A stretch of DNA of 63,622 bases, the filler included, from Octopus bimaculoides (taxonomy: Eukaryota), in NCBI RefSeq assembly GCF_001194135.2. It is 4 parts of 4 records of this genome, joined end to end, with 100 filler letters (N's around TTAATTAATTAA, not from the genome) between each part and the next. Parts side by side here need not be neighbours in the genome. Positions count along the whole stretch, not along the records: positions 36,895 to 58,900 come from NC_068986.1; positions 59,001 to 63,622 come from NC_068993.1; 2 more parts are not named here. One strand, written 5' to 3'. The position numbers and the translations under genes are program-made. Below, in pieces: positions 51,106 to 62,722 of this stretch (its first letter is position 1; each line of letters starts with the position of its first letter). The notes under the pieces are model-generated. The model saw only the letters and a program-made list of their open reading frames with translations. It had not been told where the DNA came from and did not search any database.

Positions 51106-53187
51106 TAAAAAGAAAATTAAACAATTGGAAGTGTTTCTTAATTAAGGCCAAGAGGTAATTACTTGAAGGGAAATAAACTAATCAGTGTCGAGTCAACGCA
51201 ACTAGTGTTTCCTTACAATCTGCTGAGCCCTAAACCCTGGTTTTAACCTCGTCAAAATTAAGAAAATTAAGCCTTCCTGCAACCAATGTCAACAATTTGT
51301 ATTAAATTCCCCAAACCAACCCACTTTGGACACTATTTCAGACGTAGATATATTTTCTAATTAAATTAATACATTTTTTAAAAACTGTACAGCATCACCG
51401 AACACTACGTCTTTGAATGCGCAGGCACAACATTCCTGACTAAATTTAAAACCTAAATCCCTATATAGGTCATGTTTTAATAAACTTGTTGCCTGTATCC
51501 ACCTGAAAAGAAATATAAAACAGCTGGTTTTAAATGAAGTTTTCTTCCAAAGTACTTGTCTTACATCTTAGTTGCGTCTTTAGATTACAATCCAGCTACC
51601 AAAATTGCTGACACAGATGTTAAAGCGACTCGAACAACTTAGGCAACCTTTAGAAATTCGAAAGAGAAAAAAAAAATGGTGCAGAGAACAAGACAGTTAC
51701 CTTTTATATTTTTTTAAGAGGCTTTGGTTAGAAGAGGCAAAAATGAGAAGGGAGGGGCAAAGCGTGGGAACTTTTCGTAAATCTTGTCAGTGTGAGATTC
51801 TCACAGGTTACAGATATCAGCTTACAGTTTCAATGATCAAAAGTGGGGGGAATGAATGAATGGGTTGAACACGCATCACAATAACACCCAACCCAACAAC
51901 AATAATAATGATGATAATAAAAACAATCGGACAAACAGATTCTTCATTTATGTCTGCACAAAAGAATTAAGCAGGTTTTAGTATGAAAGTTAGCGAAATT
52001 CCTTGACGGTAGATGATGAGTCTGTCTAGAGTTTTACAGTTCTAGGTAAGAAGTTTCCTATGAGCCAAGTCTGCGATTCCATGTCGACTTGGCTTTGATT
52101 ACAACACTAGTCGGGTCTTTTCTGCCTGGCTGTACTTAGAGTATTAGTGGAAAAAAGAATGAATGCCTCCAGAACCTCACTTCTTTAATAAGTTAATACT
52201 CATCAAATTTCTACAGAAACTTTATATCTAATCAGAATCAACAATCACAGTTGCTAATTGGCAATTAATAGTTCCTGTAGCAAATACTGTTAGTAATCTT
52301 ATCTTGGGGGGGGGGGAATAGACACATTACGTAGAAACATTTGTAGCAAAAATGAGGTTTGTTAGTATAACTGGTTCAGCTAACGGATACTCAACCAACG
52401 TACTAAAACTAGCACAACAAACATGGCAAAATATTTCATTCAGAATATGGAATTCAAAACTTATTGTAAATAAGAACAATAATAACAAAACCNNNNNNNN
52501 NNNNNNNNNNNNNNNNNNNNNNNNNNNNNNGAACGCAGATATTCAAGACCGAGGGTTCATGTATTAAGAGAAAAGAAAAAAATCAAGACCAGCTCAGACC
52601 CCTAAAATGTTTATTCAGCATCCCTTTTATAAAGATAATTAGGTTTAGTAGTCACATACTACATATATAATCTTCATCTTTCATATTTTAGAAAGTGGCT
52701 CCCTTCTGAAATTCTTTTGAAAAGAAAAGAATTTGTACAAACATTATTCTACCATTCTCGATAAAATGACTTGTATTATTAAATCAGTAGAAATCAACAA
52801 CAAAAAAACTGAGAGACTACAATCTTTTAACAATAGTCTTGAATTATGACTGAGAAAACAAGGCACCTCTCAGCTGTTCTAATCCTTAAAATCTTTATAT
52901 TGGTATATAAGTTTTTAATCTGATGTTTCTGGACGGTTATAATCCGTAACAAATCTACCCACCTAATCCTTTTTTTTTTGTACCCCTTCCTTCAAAAGTT
53001 AGAACCTCATGAGAAAATTAATCGTGACTCCCACACACACAATATTTTCAATGCGTTTCGGTGGTGTAATAACGGACGCGAAGAGGGGGGTGTTCAAACT
53101 GAAAATCCGTTCAGCAGAAGAAATAATTTTAAATCCCAAATCCACTTAGTTTCACCACTAACGCGTTTCCCAAGTTATGTTATTGAC

Positions 53188-53219
<32 letters not shown>

Positions 53220-54899
53220 TCGTTGTCTGCTTGTTAAAAAAAAATATTCAAAACAAACCCCTTAAACATGTTTAAGGTACAGCACTACTACTACTACTAC
53301 TACTACAAAGGGCCAACAAATAGGGACGGTACGAAGGAAAACCGACGCGTGTACACGCTTCCCTTGTGCGTCTATCCCGACCACCCGACCCCCACCATCT
53401 GGTCCTTTCTTAATCACAGGACGAGTCCTTATTGTCAACCGACACGTGCCTGGCTTTTACTTGCCACTACCACAAACTGTGGGTCTAGCAGGAAGGAGGA
53501 GGAGGAGCAGCAGTAGGAAGGGGGGGAACAATTCAAAGAAAATTTAAATAAGTCATAACTACCGCACGAGGATGCATAACAAAGGAAGCAGAAAACAAAA
53601 AATATTTACTGGGTTTTTAAAGCTCAGAAAGGACATTTTCTTCCAATAACAACAAAATAATACCTATTCTAAAAATGACTCCGTTATGTCTTTTATATGT
53701 TTAAATATAGGCCCTTGTGGCAAATTTCATTTCACCGTCTTTTCCCATTTCTTCCCCTGCACAAAAACTAAACTGTTCTTGTAATATCCCTTTCATCTGA
53801 TGCCCCCGTGGCAAACAAAAATAATAATCATTATCAAAGTGAACTGGCAGAAACGGTTAGTGCGTCGAACAAAAATACTTAACGGTATTTCACCCGGCTT
53901 TTAACGCCAAGAGTTCAAATAGTACCGTCGACTTTGCCTTTCGTCTCTTCGGGGGTCGATGCAGTAAAGTACCGAGAGTGATCATATCGACTTGACTCCT
54001 CCCCCCTCCCCTCAAAAAATAACTATTGTGCCAAAATTAGAAACATTGTTGCGCAACTTCCCGCTTTTCGAAATTCACCGATTATTCAGGAAATGTGTCA
54101 ACTGTTTTTTACTATTTTGTACTTGAAATTTAAAAAAAGAAAAATTAATTGAACATCAAGTAATTTCTGCAGGAAAAAAAGCACATGGTGTAAGAAAATA
54201 GGAATGATAATATTTAATTATTGACAGAATGTCTTGCACCTGGCTTATTAAATATATATATATACGCACACACATAAATAGGTAAACTATATACACCTGT
54301 CAAGAGGTGGGGGGCAGAGATTGATTAGAAGAACAAGGTGGTCATAGAAAAGATTTTAGCAGCTGCTGGAGCAGGTGGGTCTTATTTCACCTGCCATTAA
54401 AATAAATAAAAACACAACTTTATTCCTTCACGGTTTGACTATTGTAGACTTTTCAATACAACTAGATAGTAACCGTTTAATAATAATTTAATATTGATTT
54501 TAAAATTTTGGCACACGGTCAATAAGTTCTGGAATAATTACATCGACCCTAGTACATGACTGGTATTTATGTTACTGACCCCCGAAAGGATGAAAGGGAA
54601 TTTGAACTTGAAACGTAAAGACGGACAAAATGCTGCTAAGCATTGTCCAGCGTGCTTAACGATTCTGCCAGCTCGCTATTAGCCACAGGGGCTTACATGC
54701 ACAAAGACAGACAATTTCTGTGGGGATTTGCATAAAGTTTGAGGAGAAAGAAATAGAAAAAGACATTGAAATGCGATTGAAGTATACAAAGTGTGTGATA
54801 ACATGATTGATGTAGTCCTTCTGATACAAAAGAAACTCCAACTTGGGCCAGTCAAGGAACAACACAGATCCAAGATTACCCTGACCACCAAAGGTACGA

Positions 54900-55105
54900 G
54901 CCCTCTCTCCTGCTCTCCAATCTACAGGCGCATAGAGTAGGGTCATTCACGCTAGACCATTTTTGCCACAGTCACACGTCTTTTCAAAAATTCACTGAGA
55001 GGTAGCACCTGCCTCAATTTCCAAGTGGATCTGCAAGAGTTGAGAGCTTGACCGATGAGGAAAGTGCCTTTCCTCGACTCTTTCAGCCTCGTCCACCAGA
55101 GATAA
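54900..55105 (-). mobile_element. Degenerate LINE 3' end (L1/Tx1-like), copy 3
   Basis: LWWTRLKESRKGTFLIGQALN...RQVLPLSEFLKRRVTVAKMV* aligns by eye with copies 1 and 2. Confidence 0.55.
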
Positions 55106-55357
55106 TAGTGGTCTTTGTTACACGGACATTCATAAATAGCTTTTCGTAAGTTTACAGTTTTTTTTTCTAAACAATGAAAAGTATTACAAAGGTTGATTAT
55201 TCTCTGCTTGACAGTGTTCTGTGATTTTTCACAATGAGTGAAAGGAGTCACTGAACTTAAAAAAAGGGGCCGCTGGGACAATGTGTGAGGGGCTTTGTTC
55301 TTGGAAATTAGCGAAATTAAATTTGAATTTGAACTCGGATCACAGCCACAGAATGCT

Positions 55358-55549
55358 GGTACCACTGAAGCAGCACGGACCCGAACGCGCAGTCGCGCGT
55401 CCGCGCTAGCTAGTCTTGAGTGGTCGATCCTAACCCTAACCCACCCGCGTGTGCAAATGAATACGTGTTTAGGGTTAGGATCGACCACTCACGACTAGCT
55501 AGTGCGGACGCGCGACTGCGCGTTCGGACCGTGCTGCTTTAGTAGTACC
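55358..55549. mobile_element. GC-rich foldback MITE (~82-bp TIRs, probable 9-bp TSD, Mutator-like)
   Basis: 55358-55439 and 55469-55549 are near-perfect inverted repeats around a 29-nt loop; flanks cagaatgct (55349-55357) and tagaatgct (55550-55558). Confidence 0.8.
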
Positions 55550-56382
55550 TAGAATGCTTTTGTGACACAAAAGCATATAAAAACCTGCAAAACTTTAACA
55601 ACAAAAATATTCTCACAACAATTGTTGTTTGACTTAAAGTGGTTATATAAGTAGGCTTCTTAGAAACTATTTTGCTGTCATCGTCTCAAGTGTTTGTTGT
55701 TGGTCACAAAATACAAAGGAGGAACACCCAAGATACTTTAGCTTTTAAAATGAAACAAATAGAAAAAAAAATGATACGTGATTCAGATATGAGTCAAAGA
55801 GAGGCTAAAGAAACAAATGAGGCTGAACGGCGACGGAAAATAAAAGAATTAAAACACTGAAATAAATGAAGGATATGGGGAGGTAGAGCATCTTTTCTCT
55901 CCGACGAAGAACCAAAACGGAAATCTTAACAGGATTTCGTAGGCTTTGAAGGCTTCAATAAATGGATCGCTTGAAGAGTCGTCCTGCCAGACTTTGGTAG
56001 GGGTGGGTATCTGTCGGAGAGTGGGGGAGATTCAAAGGAGAAGATTTTTCAAGTGGCAACATTCGAGTGAGGCGGGGAGGTATACGAGTGGCGGGGTGCA
56101 TTGTTTTAAGGAGGATGGGTGAAGTCGGAACATAAACACACCAGCACCGGCAATACCAAATCGCTCGCTCAGCTAGAAATAGCAGACAAATCTCCACCAC
56201 TCCCGTACCTAGTTATAAAGATGTAGTTCGATAAAGACGAGATGGTCACAGTTTGGAACACCTTAAATCATAAATGAAGACCGACCTGAAACTAACCAAC
56301 GACTTTACTACCTCATAATTAATGTACTTAACTGTGAAACAGTGTATGTATATATATTATATATATATATATATATATGCTG

Positions 56383-56580
56383 CCTGACTGGCTCCCGTGC
56401 CAGTGGCACGTAAAAAGCACCTACTACACTCTCGGAGAGGTTGGCGTTTTGGAAGGCATCCAGCTGTAGAAACCTTGCCAGATCAGATTGGAGCCTGGTG
56501 CAGCCTTCTGGCTTGCCAGTCCTCAGTCAAACCGTCCAACCCATACCAACAGGGAAAGCGGACGTTAAACGATGGTGATT
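56383..56580 (+). mobile_element. SINE family B
   Basis: ctgactggctcccgtgccagtggcacgtaaaaagcac...gcggacgttaaacgatggtgat. Confidence 0.85.
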
Positions 56581-58607
56581 ATACACACACACACACACAG
56601 AAACAAGATTTACTGTAAGGCTGCGGGGGGGGGGCGATGATTCTTCTCTGAGGGAGTTGAAATTGAAGAAAGGTAGGCAGGGTATATTTAAGATTTCATC
56701 TCAGAAATACTCGAATCTAGTCGTAGAAAACCTTTTAATATCTCGGGTTGGCTGCAAATTAATTACAAGATTTTTGAAGTTCACAGTTTCTTTTGACACC
56801 AGTTTCAAACCGATTTACTTGCTCAATGCAAGAATCAACTTGTCTTAATATTTTGATGTTAGAAAATGCTCAAGAAGCACTCGAAAAAAATCTACAAGTC
56901 TTCAATGTAATATCAAGTATTTATAATTCAGCAAATTGTAAATTCACAGCACTTCAAATGAGTTTATTAGGACCAAGTTCCAAATGTTGATAAGAATTTT
57001 TAATAGTCCTCAACGAACATAGATCTAATTATTGATAACAAGTAAACTTTACTCCTCTCACCTGTTTTTATTGTAACATTTCTAGTTCTACATGATTTCC
57101 CTCCACCCATTCACTGGTTACAGCTTGAAACTACTATCAACAAGCGCTTAAGCACCCGTCTAGATTTACGGAGATCTAAACAGTTTCTTTTCAGTTAAGA
57201 GAACATAGAATTAAAACAAAAAGAAAACTCCCCAAACAGTAACGAACACAAAACGAGTGAAAGAACAAAATAATTCAAAGAAAAAGGCGCAGTGATATAA
57301 TGATTTCCTGAATGAGTTATCTTATCGAAATTAGATAATACACAGTATTAAAATTGCGGGTTTAACAAACGGGTTTCATGAATCAGTAAAATAATATATT
57401 GAAAGGAATGTTATAATGAGATGCGAGGGAAAAATGCATCGCCCCAAAACCCGATTGCAGTTGTCATAAATACGTCATAATACATGACGAAATACACTTG
57501 CTGTATTAATACAAATCACCGATTACATTGTGTGTGTGTGTACATAAGACACATGAACACACAAGCTCACACGGAAAATATATATATATATAAAGCAATT
57601 GCCAAATTTTGTCTAGTCTACCCCGAAACAAATTCATTCTAAGTTGTTCCCTTCGACCTGTTCCTGGCAAACCATTGCTTCACATACATTTTAAAAAAAA
57701 GTGGGAATCAACAGCTGACTGCAGGCGCATTGCAGTCGACCGAAATAAAAATAACGAAGTATTTCAACCGCATTGTTTTGTTTTAATAATTCTCAGCAAG
57801 ACGAGATCCAAAATATTTCGATAGGAACAAAGAGAGCAACAGGAAGTTGGTTTGGTGCTAAAGATAGGATAAACAATGCACGATATTTAAAAATGCTGGT
57901 AACATGAGTGTTTGCAGTGTTGAACAGTTCTGACAGGAAACGACTCCTTGGGTAATGAGGGTACCAACAGGGAATATATTACAAAACAAGGGGGAAAAAA
58001 CATGTTTAGAAAACAACAATCCTCACAAATAATAGTAGAAAGGACTTGTTAATTAGTTGAGAGAGGATGTTTTAAAACAATTCCGTTAGTTTTAAAGTAA
58101 TAGGCTATCTTTGGAAATGATGATAGACATAGCTAAAAGGGGACAAAAGATACAAAAAAAATATTTCAAGCAAAATTTTAATTCATTTCTTGTGATTAAA
58201 TGAGATCGCTTTTCAAAAATTACTTGAAGTTGCTGTAAAGAAAATCTCTGAGGAGGCTAACAAAGAAAATACATTACAACAGTTTCTTTACAGCAAAATA
58301 TAGCAACAATTGAATGAAAGTTCATTGAATTTTGAATTAACACCGGACGAACAAAGTGTCAACTTGTAATCCACTTCAGAGAATATCTTTGAAAACAGAT
58401 GCACGAGGAAAATGTAGCCAAACGGTACCGTGCCAAACCCCAAACAAATTATTTGGAGGTATTAAAACAATAAAAATTATTTGCTTGGAATGCTAATTGG
58501 GTAATTCTTGAACTTAAACAAAAACAGTTGTAAGTAAATACGTGCGGTACCAGGGAGGGGGGATTTTATATCATGTGTATAGTGCAGGCTATTGCACACA
58601 CACAATT

Positions 58608-58653
<46 letters not shown>

Positions 58654-58900
58654 CTACATTACACGGTGAAATTGGAAGAATTATACGTGCTGAAGATGAA
58701 ATTCGTGGAATTAAAATAGTTGAATTTGTTAGTAAATCACACAGGTTTCATAACATTAGCTATTAAAGTTGATGGGGGAAAATGTATGAAAGTTGCTAAT
58801 CTCATAATTAAAATGTAGAAAAGTGAGGTAACAGTAAATTATAAGAGACAAAGTTATGCGTTATATAGGGTATTAAAAAAATAACTTTAAATAATGCAAT

Positions 58901-59000
58901 NNNNNNNNNNNNNNNNNNNNNNNNNNNNNNNNNNNNNNNNNNNNTTAATTAATTAANNNNNNNNNNNNNNNNNNNNNNNNNNNNNNNNNNNNNNNNNNNN
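58901..59000. other. Assembly spacer: 44 N + TTAATTAATTAA + 44 N
   Basis: 12-mer at 58945-58956. Confidence 0.9.
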
Positions 59001-59031
<31 letters not shown>

Positions 59032-59119
59032 CTACTATGTAAAACTGTCGTATGTCCAAATTTGGCCAAATGCGGGGTTTTGCATACTAATAGCAACGAT
59101 GTGTGCGCGTGCGCGCTTC

Positions 59120-59260
59120 TGTGTTTGTCCCCCTCACTCCCTTGACAACCAGTGCTGGTGTGTTTACGTTCACGTAACTTAGCGGTTCAGCAAAAGTGAC
59201 TGATAAAATAAGTAACAGTCTAAAAAAAATTCTGGGCTTTATTCATTTGCTTAAGAATTC
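59120..59260 (+). mobile_element. SINE family A, 3' fragment
   Basis: gtgtttgtcccc...ttgacaaccagtgctggtgtgtttacgt...cttagcggttcagcaaaag. Confidence 0.75.
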
Positions 59261-59413
59261 TTCATACATACATACATACATATACACACACACATGCATA
59301 CATACATACATACACACACACACATACATTCATACATACATACACACATACATACATCTATCCATCCATCCATCCATCCATCCATACATACATACGTACA
59401 CACTAATCACTTG

Positions 59414-59444
<31 letters not shown>

Positions 59445-60031
59445 CACATGTGTGAATATATTTGTGAGTGCGGGTATATGAGCGCGCACACACACGCAAA
59501 TAAAATTTACACATATACACGTACTCACACAAACACACACACACACACAGAACATACACACGCACACACTAGAATGACTATTGTATGAAAGTTTCGTAAT
59601 AAAGTTGTGGCTAGCATACCTAATGTCGTAATCTAGTAATTTTAATTAAAATTACCTCCTTAGTAATGCAAATAGTCTTTTTTCTAAATGATTAATTCTA
59701 GCTCAAATTGCAAAGGGAGACAGCCCCGATATTTTAATTAACTGAAATTAAATATGGAATGCAGCGAATAGTGAATCTGATATACAGCAATACGTGACGA
59801 CTACGGACATGTTTCGGTAATAATAGACCCATCAGTTAAACAGAGTCTAAAATGATTGTAAATTCTTCGAACGACTTGAGATGTCAAATTCTTTCCAGAA
59901 TAAATGTTACTAATTAAAGAAATGACTGGCGAAAAATACCCACAGACGCCTGCTTCATGAAAGCTTAGCAAAAAGGTGACGCTAATGCATGCATGCATAC
60001 ATGATGCATGTATCATGTATGTATGCATGGT

Positions 60032-60488
60032 GTGGAGGCCCTCATTCCCGCATCGCAGCTGCACTGAGTAAAACATGTTTACAGGATGGAGGACGACAGG
60101 TTCCATAAAGCAGCTTTCTACATCGAACTATGTTAAAGCGGGTGGATCAATGATGGTTAGCTGTTGCGATGCAGGTATGCCCTGAAGAGACATATGAAGA
60201 GCTCCGTCATCTCTCCAGGCACCTGGGAGGAGAAGGCTCTGCGATGCGAATAACAGTACAGATTGCCGAAGCCCGTAATCCCAGGCATTGAGGAGAAACG
60301 ACAGCGGGAATACGAAAGAGTATATGTGAGGCGTTACTTCTCCGTTATTTAAAGCAGTTTTACGTACAGCATGCGTCATCGCTACTGCAGATCAAGAGCA
60401 GGCCTTGAAGCCCAGAGTTGAGCTTGCCAGAGATGATTACTGAACAAGAACAGTCAACATCGACCTACCTACGGCCGGTAACCGAGGA

Positions 60489-60492
<4 letters not shown>
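60032..60492 (+). mobile_element. RTE-clade LINE 3' fragment
   Basis: EALIPASQLH*VKHVYRMEDDRFHKAAFYIELC, then YALKRHMKSSVISPGTWEEKA...EEKRQREYE and YCRSRAGL, typical of the RTE ORF2 C-terminus. Confidence 0.75.
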
Positions 60493-60540
<48 letters not shown>

Positions 60541-60548
<8 letters not shown>

Positions 60549-61434
60549 TACATAAATGTAAATCTGTGGTTGTGTTTGTTTGTGGCGTTGTTATCTAACT
60601 CCTCTTACATCGCTTTAGGGATTTTGATGAAAGGTGACACGTGAGTAGAACCCATGTCTGGAAAACTAGTGACATACTTAGATTGTTGAAAAAAATCGAT
60701 AATAGGGCCCCCTGTAAGGGATTCTTATATCTACTACATATAAATGATATATTATTTTTAAACATCCAAGGGAAACGGATCCTTACATATAGCCAAGGGA
60801 AATAACCCATTCATGTTCGCAAATTTTTTCGTATAAATCAAATTGAGTATGCTTATTTCTTAGTATTTGAATTACTCGAATTATTTTCGCACTTTGTCCA
60901 GTACAACGCTTTAACAAGTAAATAGTATTTCTTAAACAATAGATCCACTTATTTCGGTTAGTGACTTATTCATGAAAATACTAACACGAGCGCCGTTGAG
61001 GGTAATAGTCTCTGCGAACGCACAAAAGCTTTTTTCAGAGTTATTTACTTTGAATATTTATTATCGCATATCTGATTAGCCTGTTATTACATAGCATGCT
61101 TCACGATCTTAGTATACATACCTTATTAGTATTTCCTCCTAAGTTCTATATACTCTGGGAATGCATTAAAGCTCTTTTCGGGGATACTTTATTTGAATTC
61201 TTACTAACGGGTAATTAATTTCATGTTATTAAATAACTGACTTCACAATTTGGGTATTCATAACTTATTGGGAATTCATAAAAACGACAGTTTGGTATTC
61301 TCAATAAATGCACAAAAACCGTTTTACGGGCTATATACATTGTATTGTTGTTAATGGATTAGCAAAACAATTATGAGAACGGAACCAAGAGATAAGCCCC
61401 GCTTTCCCGCGAATTACCGGGTGCGTCAGCTAGT
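60541..61434 (+). mobile_element. Non-autonomous Helitron-type element
   Basis: 5' atatactacataaatgtaaatctgtggttgtgtttgtttgt; 3' hairpin cccgcgaattaccggg (61406-61421) followed by CTAGT (61430-61434). The 5' boundary is inferred. Confidence 0.55.
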
Positions 61435-61436
61435 AT

Positions 61437-61479
<43 letters not shown>

Positions 61480-61480
61480 C

Positions 61481-61510
61481 ACTAGTAGAGATACCCGGCG
61501 TTGCTCGGGA
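61481..61510 (-). mobile_element. Helitron-type 3' terminus, opposite orientation
   Basis: Minus strand cccgagcaacgccggg hairpin + tatctcta + CTAGT. Confidence 0.55.
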
Positions 61511-61845
61511 TCGAAATGGCATAGTTTCTTTATTGTTTTATTTGTTTCGATCATGTGACTGCCAGCATGCTGAAGCACCGCTACAAGTACAAGAAATCGA
61601 CCCNNNNNNNNNNNNNNNNNNNNNNNNNNNNNNNNNNNNNNNNNNNNNNNNNNNNNNNNNNNNNNNNNNNNNNNNNNNNNNNNNNNNNNNNNNNNNNNNN
61701 NNNNNNNNNNNNNNNNNNNNNNNNNNNNNNNNNNNNNNNNNNNNNNNNNNNNNNNNNNNNNNNNNNNNNNNNNNNNNNNNNNNNNNNNNNNNNNNNNNNN
61801 NNNTATATATATATGCATATATATATATGGCATCCCATTGTAAAC

Positions 61846-62483
61846 ATGACTACATCTCGTGTCCGAATCTGCACCAACTTTATATACTCACATGTTCTTA
61901 ACCCACTTTTTAACCGCAATGTCCGGACATTCTCTTCTTGCAATTCCGTGGTATCTTTCAAAAGTGCGCAATCATTCCAGAGCCATTACCCCAACAGTAA
62001 TCTAGATCCATATTCTCCGTCGTCATCTAAGAAATCCTCCGTAGATTCTGATAATAACTTCACAGGATATATTCCCATTGATAAACTTCAAATCAGTTAT
62101 ATGAAATCAAGTGGGCCAGGTGGACAAAATGTTAATAAAGTTAACACAAAAGTGGAAGTACGTTTCATATTCAGTCCGCAACATGGATACCATCCTGAAT
62201 CAAGACAAAAATGATAGAAGAGAATCGCACAAAAATAAACAAAGAAGGATTCCTTATAGTGACATCAGATCGTACACGAAAACAGTTTCTGAACCAAGCT
62301 GATTGCATGCACAAGCTACGGAATATGTTCTTCAAAGTCAGCTTCCAGCCAGCTGAGCCTTCTGAAGATCTTCAAATAAAAGCTGAAAGGAAAGCAAAGG
62401 CCCAAAGATTAAGAATCAAAGCCAAGCGTGAACATTCATTAAAGAAACAGTCACGACAATCTTCAGGTTATGTCTCCATGTGA
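61846..62483 (+). pseudogene. MRPL58: Intronless ICT1/MRPL58 (mitochondrial peptidyl-tRNA hydrolase, class I release factor family) copy, probable processed pseudogene
   Basis: ATG at 61846; targeting-peptide-like N-terminus, then [32 protein letters not shown] (GGQ at 62119-62127). Homology continues only after a -1 shift at ~62164-62166 ([53 protein letters not shown]...KREHSLKKQSRQ), with an in-frame TGA at 62196-62198. No introns; restoring 1 nt gives 212 codons plus stop. Confidence 0.88.
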
Positions 62484-62722
62484 GGAGAAAGCTGCCCCAT
62501 TTTCAACAACAGATTTGACTAGTTCGCCTGTGTTTGATATCACAATACAAAGAGACTTCTCCTGGAATCTATGTATATATTCATATATATATATATACAT
62601 TTTCTTTTAATATAAGGATAAAATTTTCAAATCATTCTACCAGTGACCAGCATATTAAAATACCTTTTAAGGTGAAAATTATAAACAATTATAAATAAGG
62701 TCAAAGGAAAAAAAATTATATA

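Noticed and set aside
53268-53516. 82-aa ORF in a GC-balanced segment
   Set aside because: Starts in a (TAC)n tract and ends in (GAG/CAG)n; no homology or splice signals. It may be regulatory but is unsupported.
54870-55100. DIRS tyrosine-recombinase-like words on the plus strand (ASISKWIC)
   Set aside because: The minus strand matches the LINE C-terminus seen at 30.6 and 33.9 kb much better.
55428-55479. Interstitial telomere or fusion site
   Set aside because: Only about two hexamer units per side, embedded in TIRs with a TSD; better explained as part of a MITE.
62196-62198. TGA read as Trp (mitochondrial code/NUMT)
   Set aside because: ICT1 is nuclear-encoded in animals, the copy has a targeting-peptide-like N-terminus, and the frameshift would remain.
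62161-62214. prfB-like programmed frameshift in a release-factor-family gene
   Set aside because: prfB uses a +1 shift at CUU-UGA with an internal Shine-Dalgarno. Here the shift is -1, there is no slippery heptamer, and a second stop follows.
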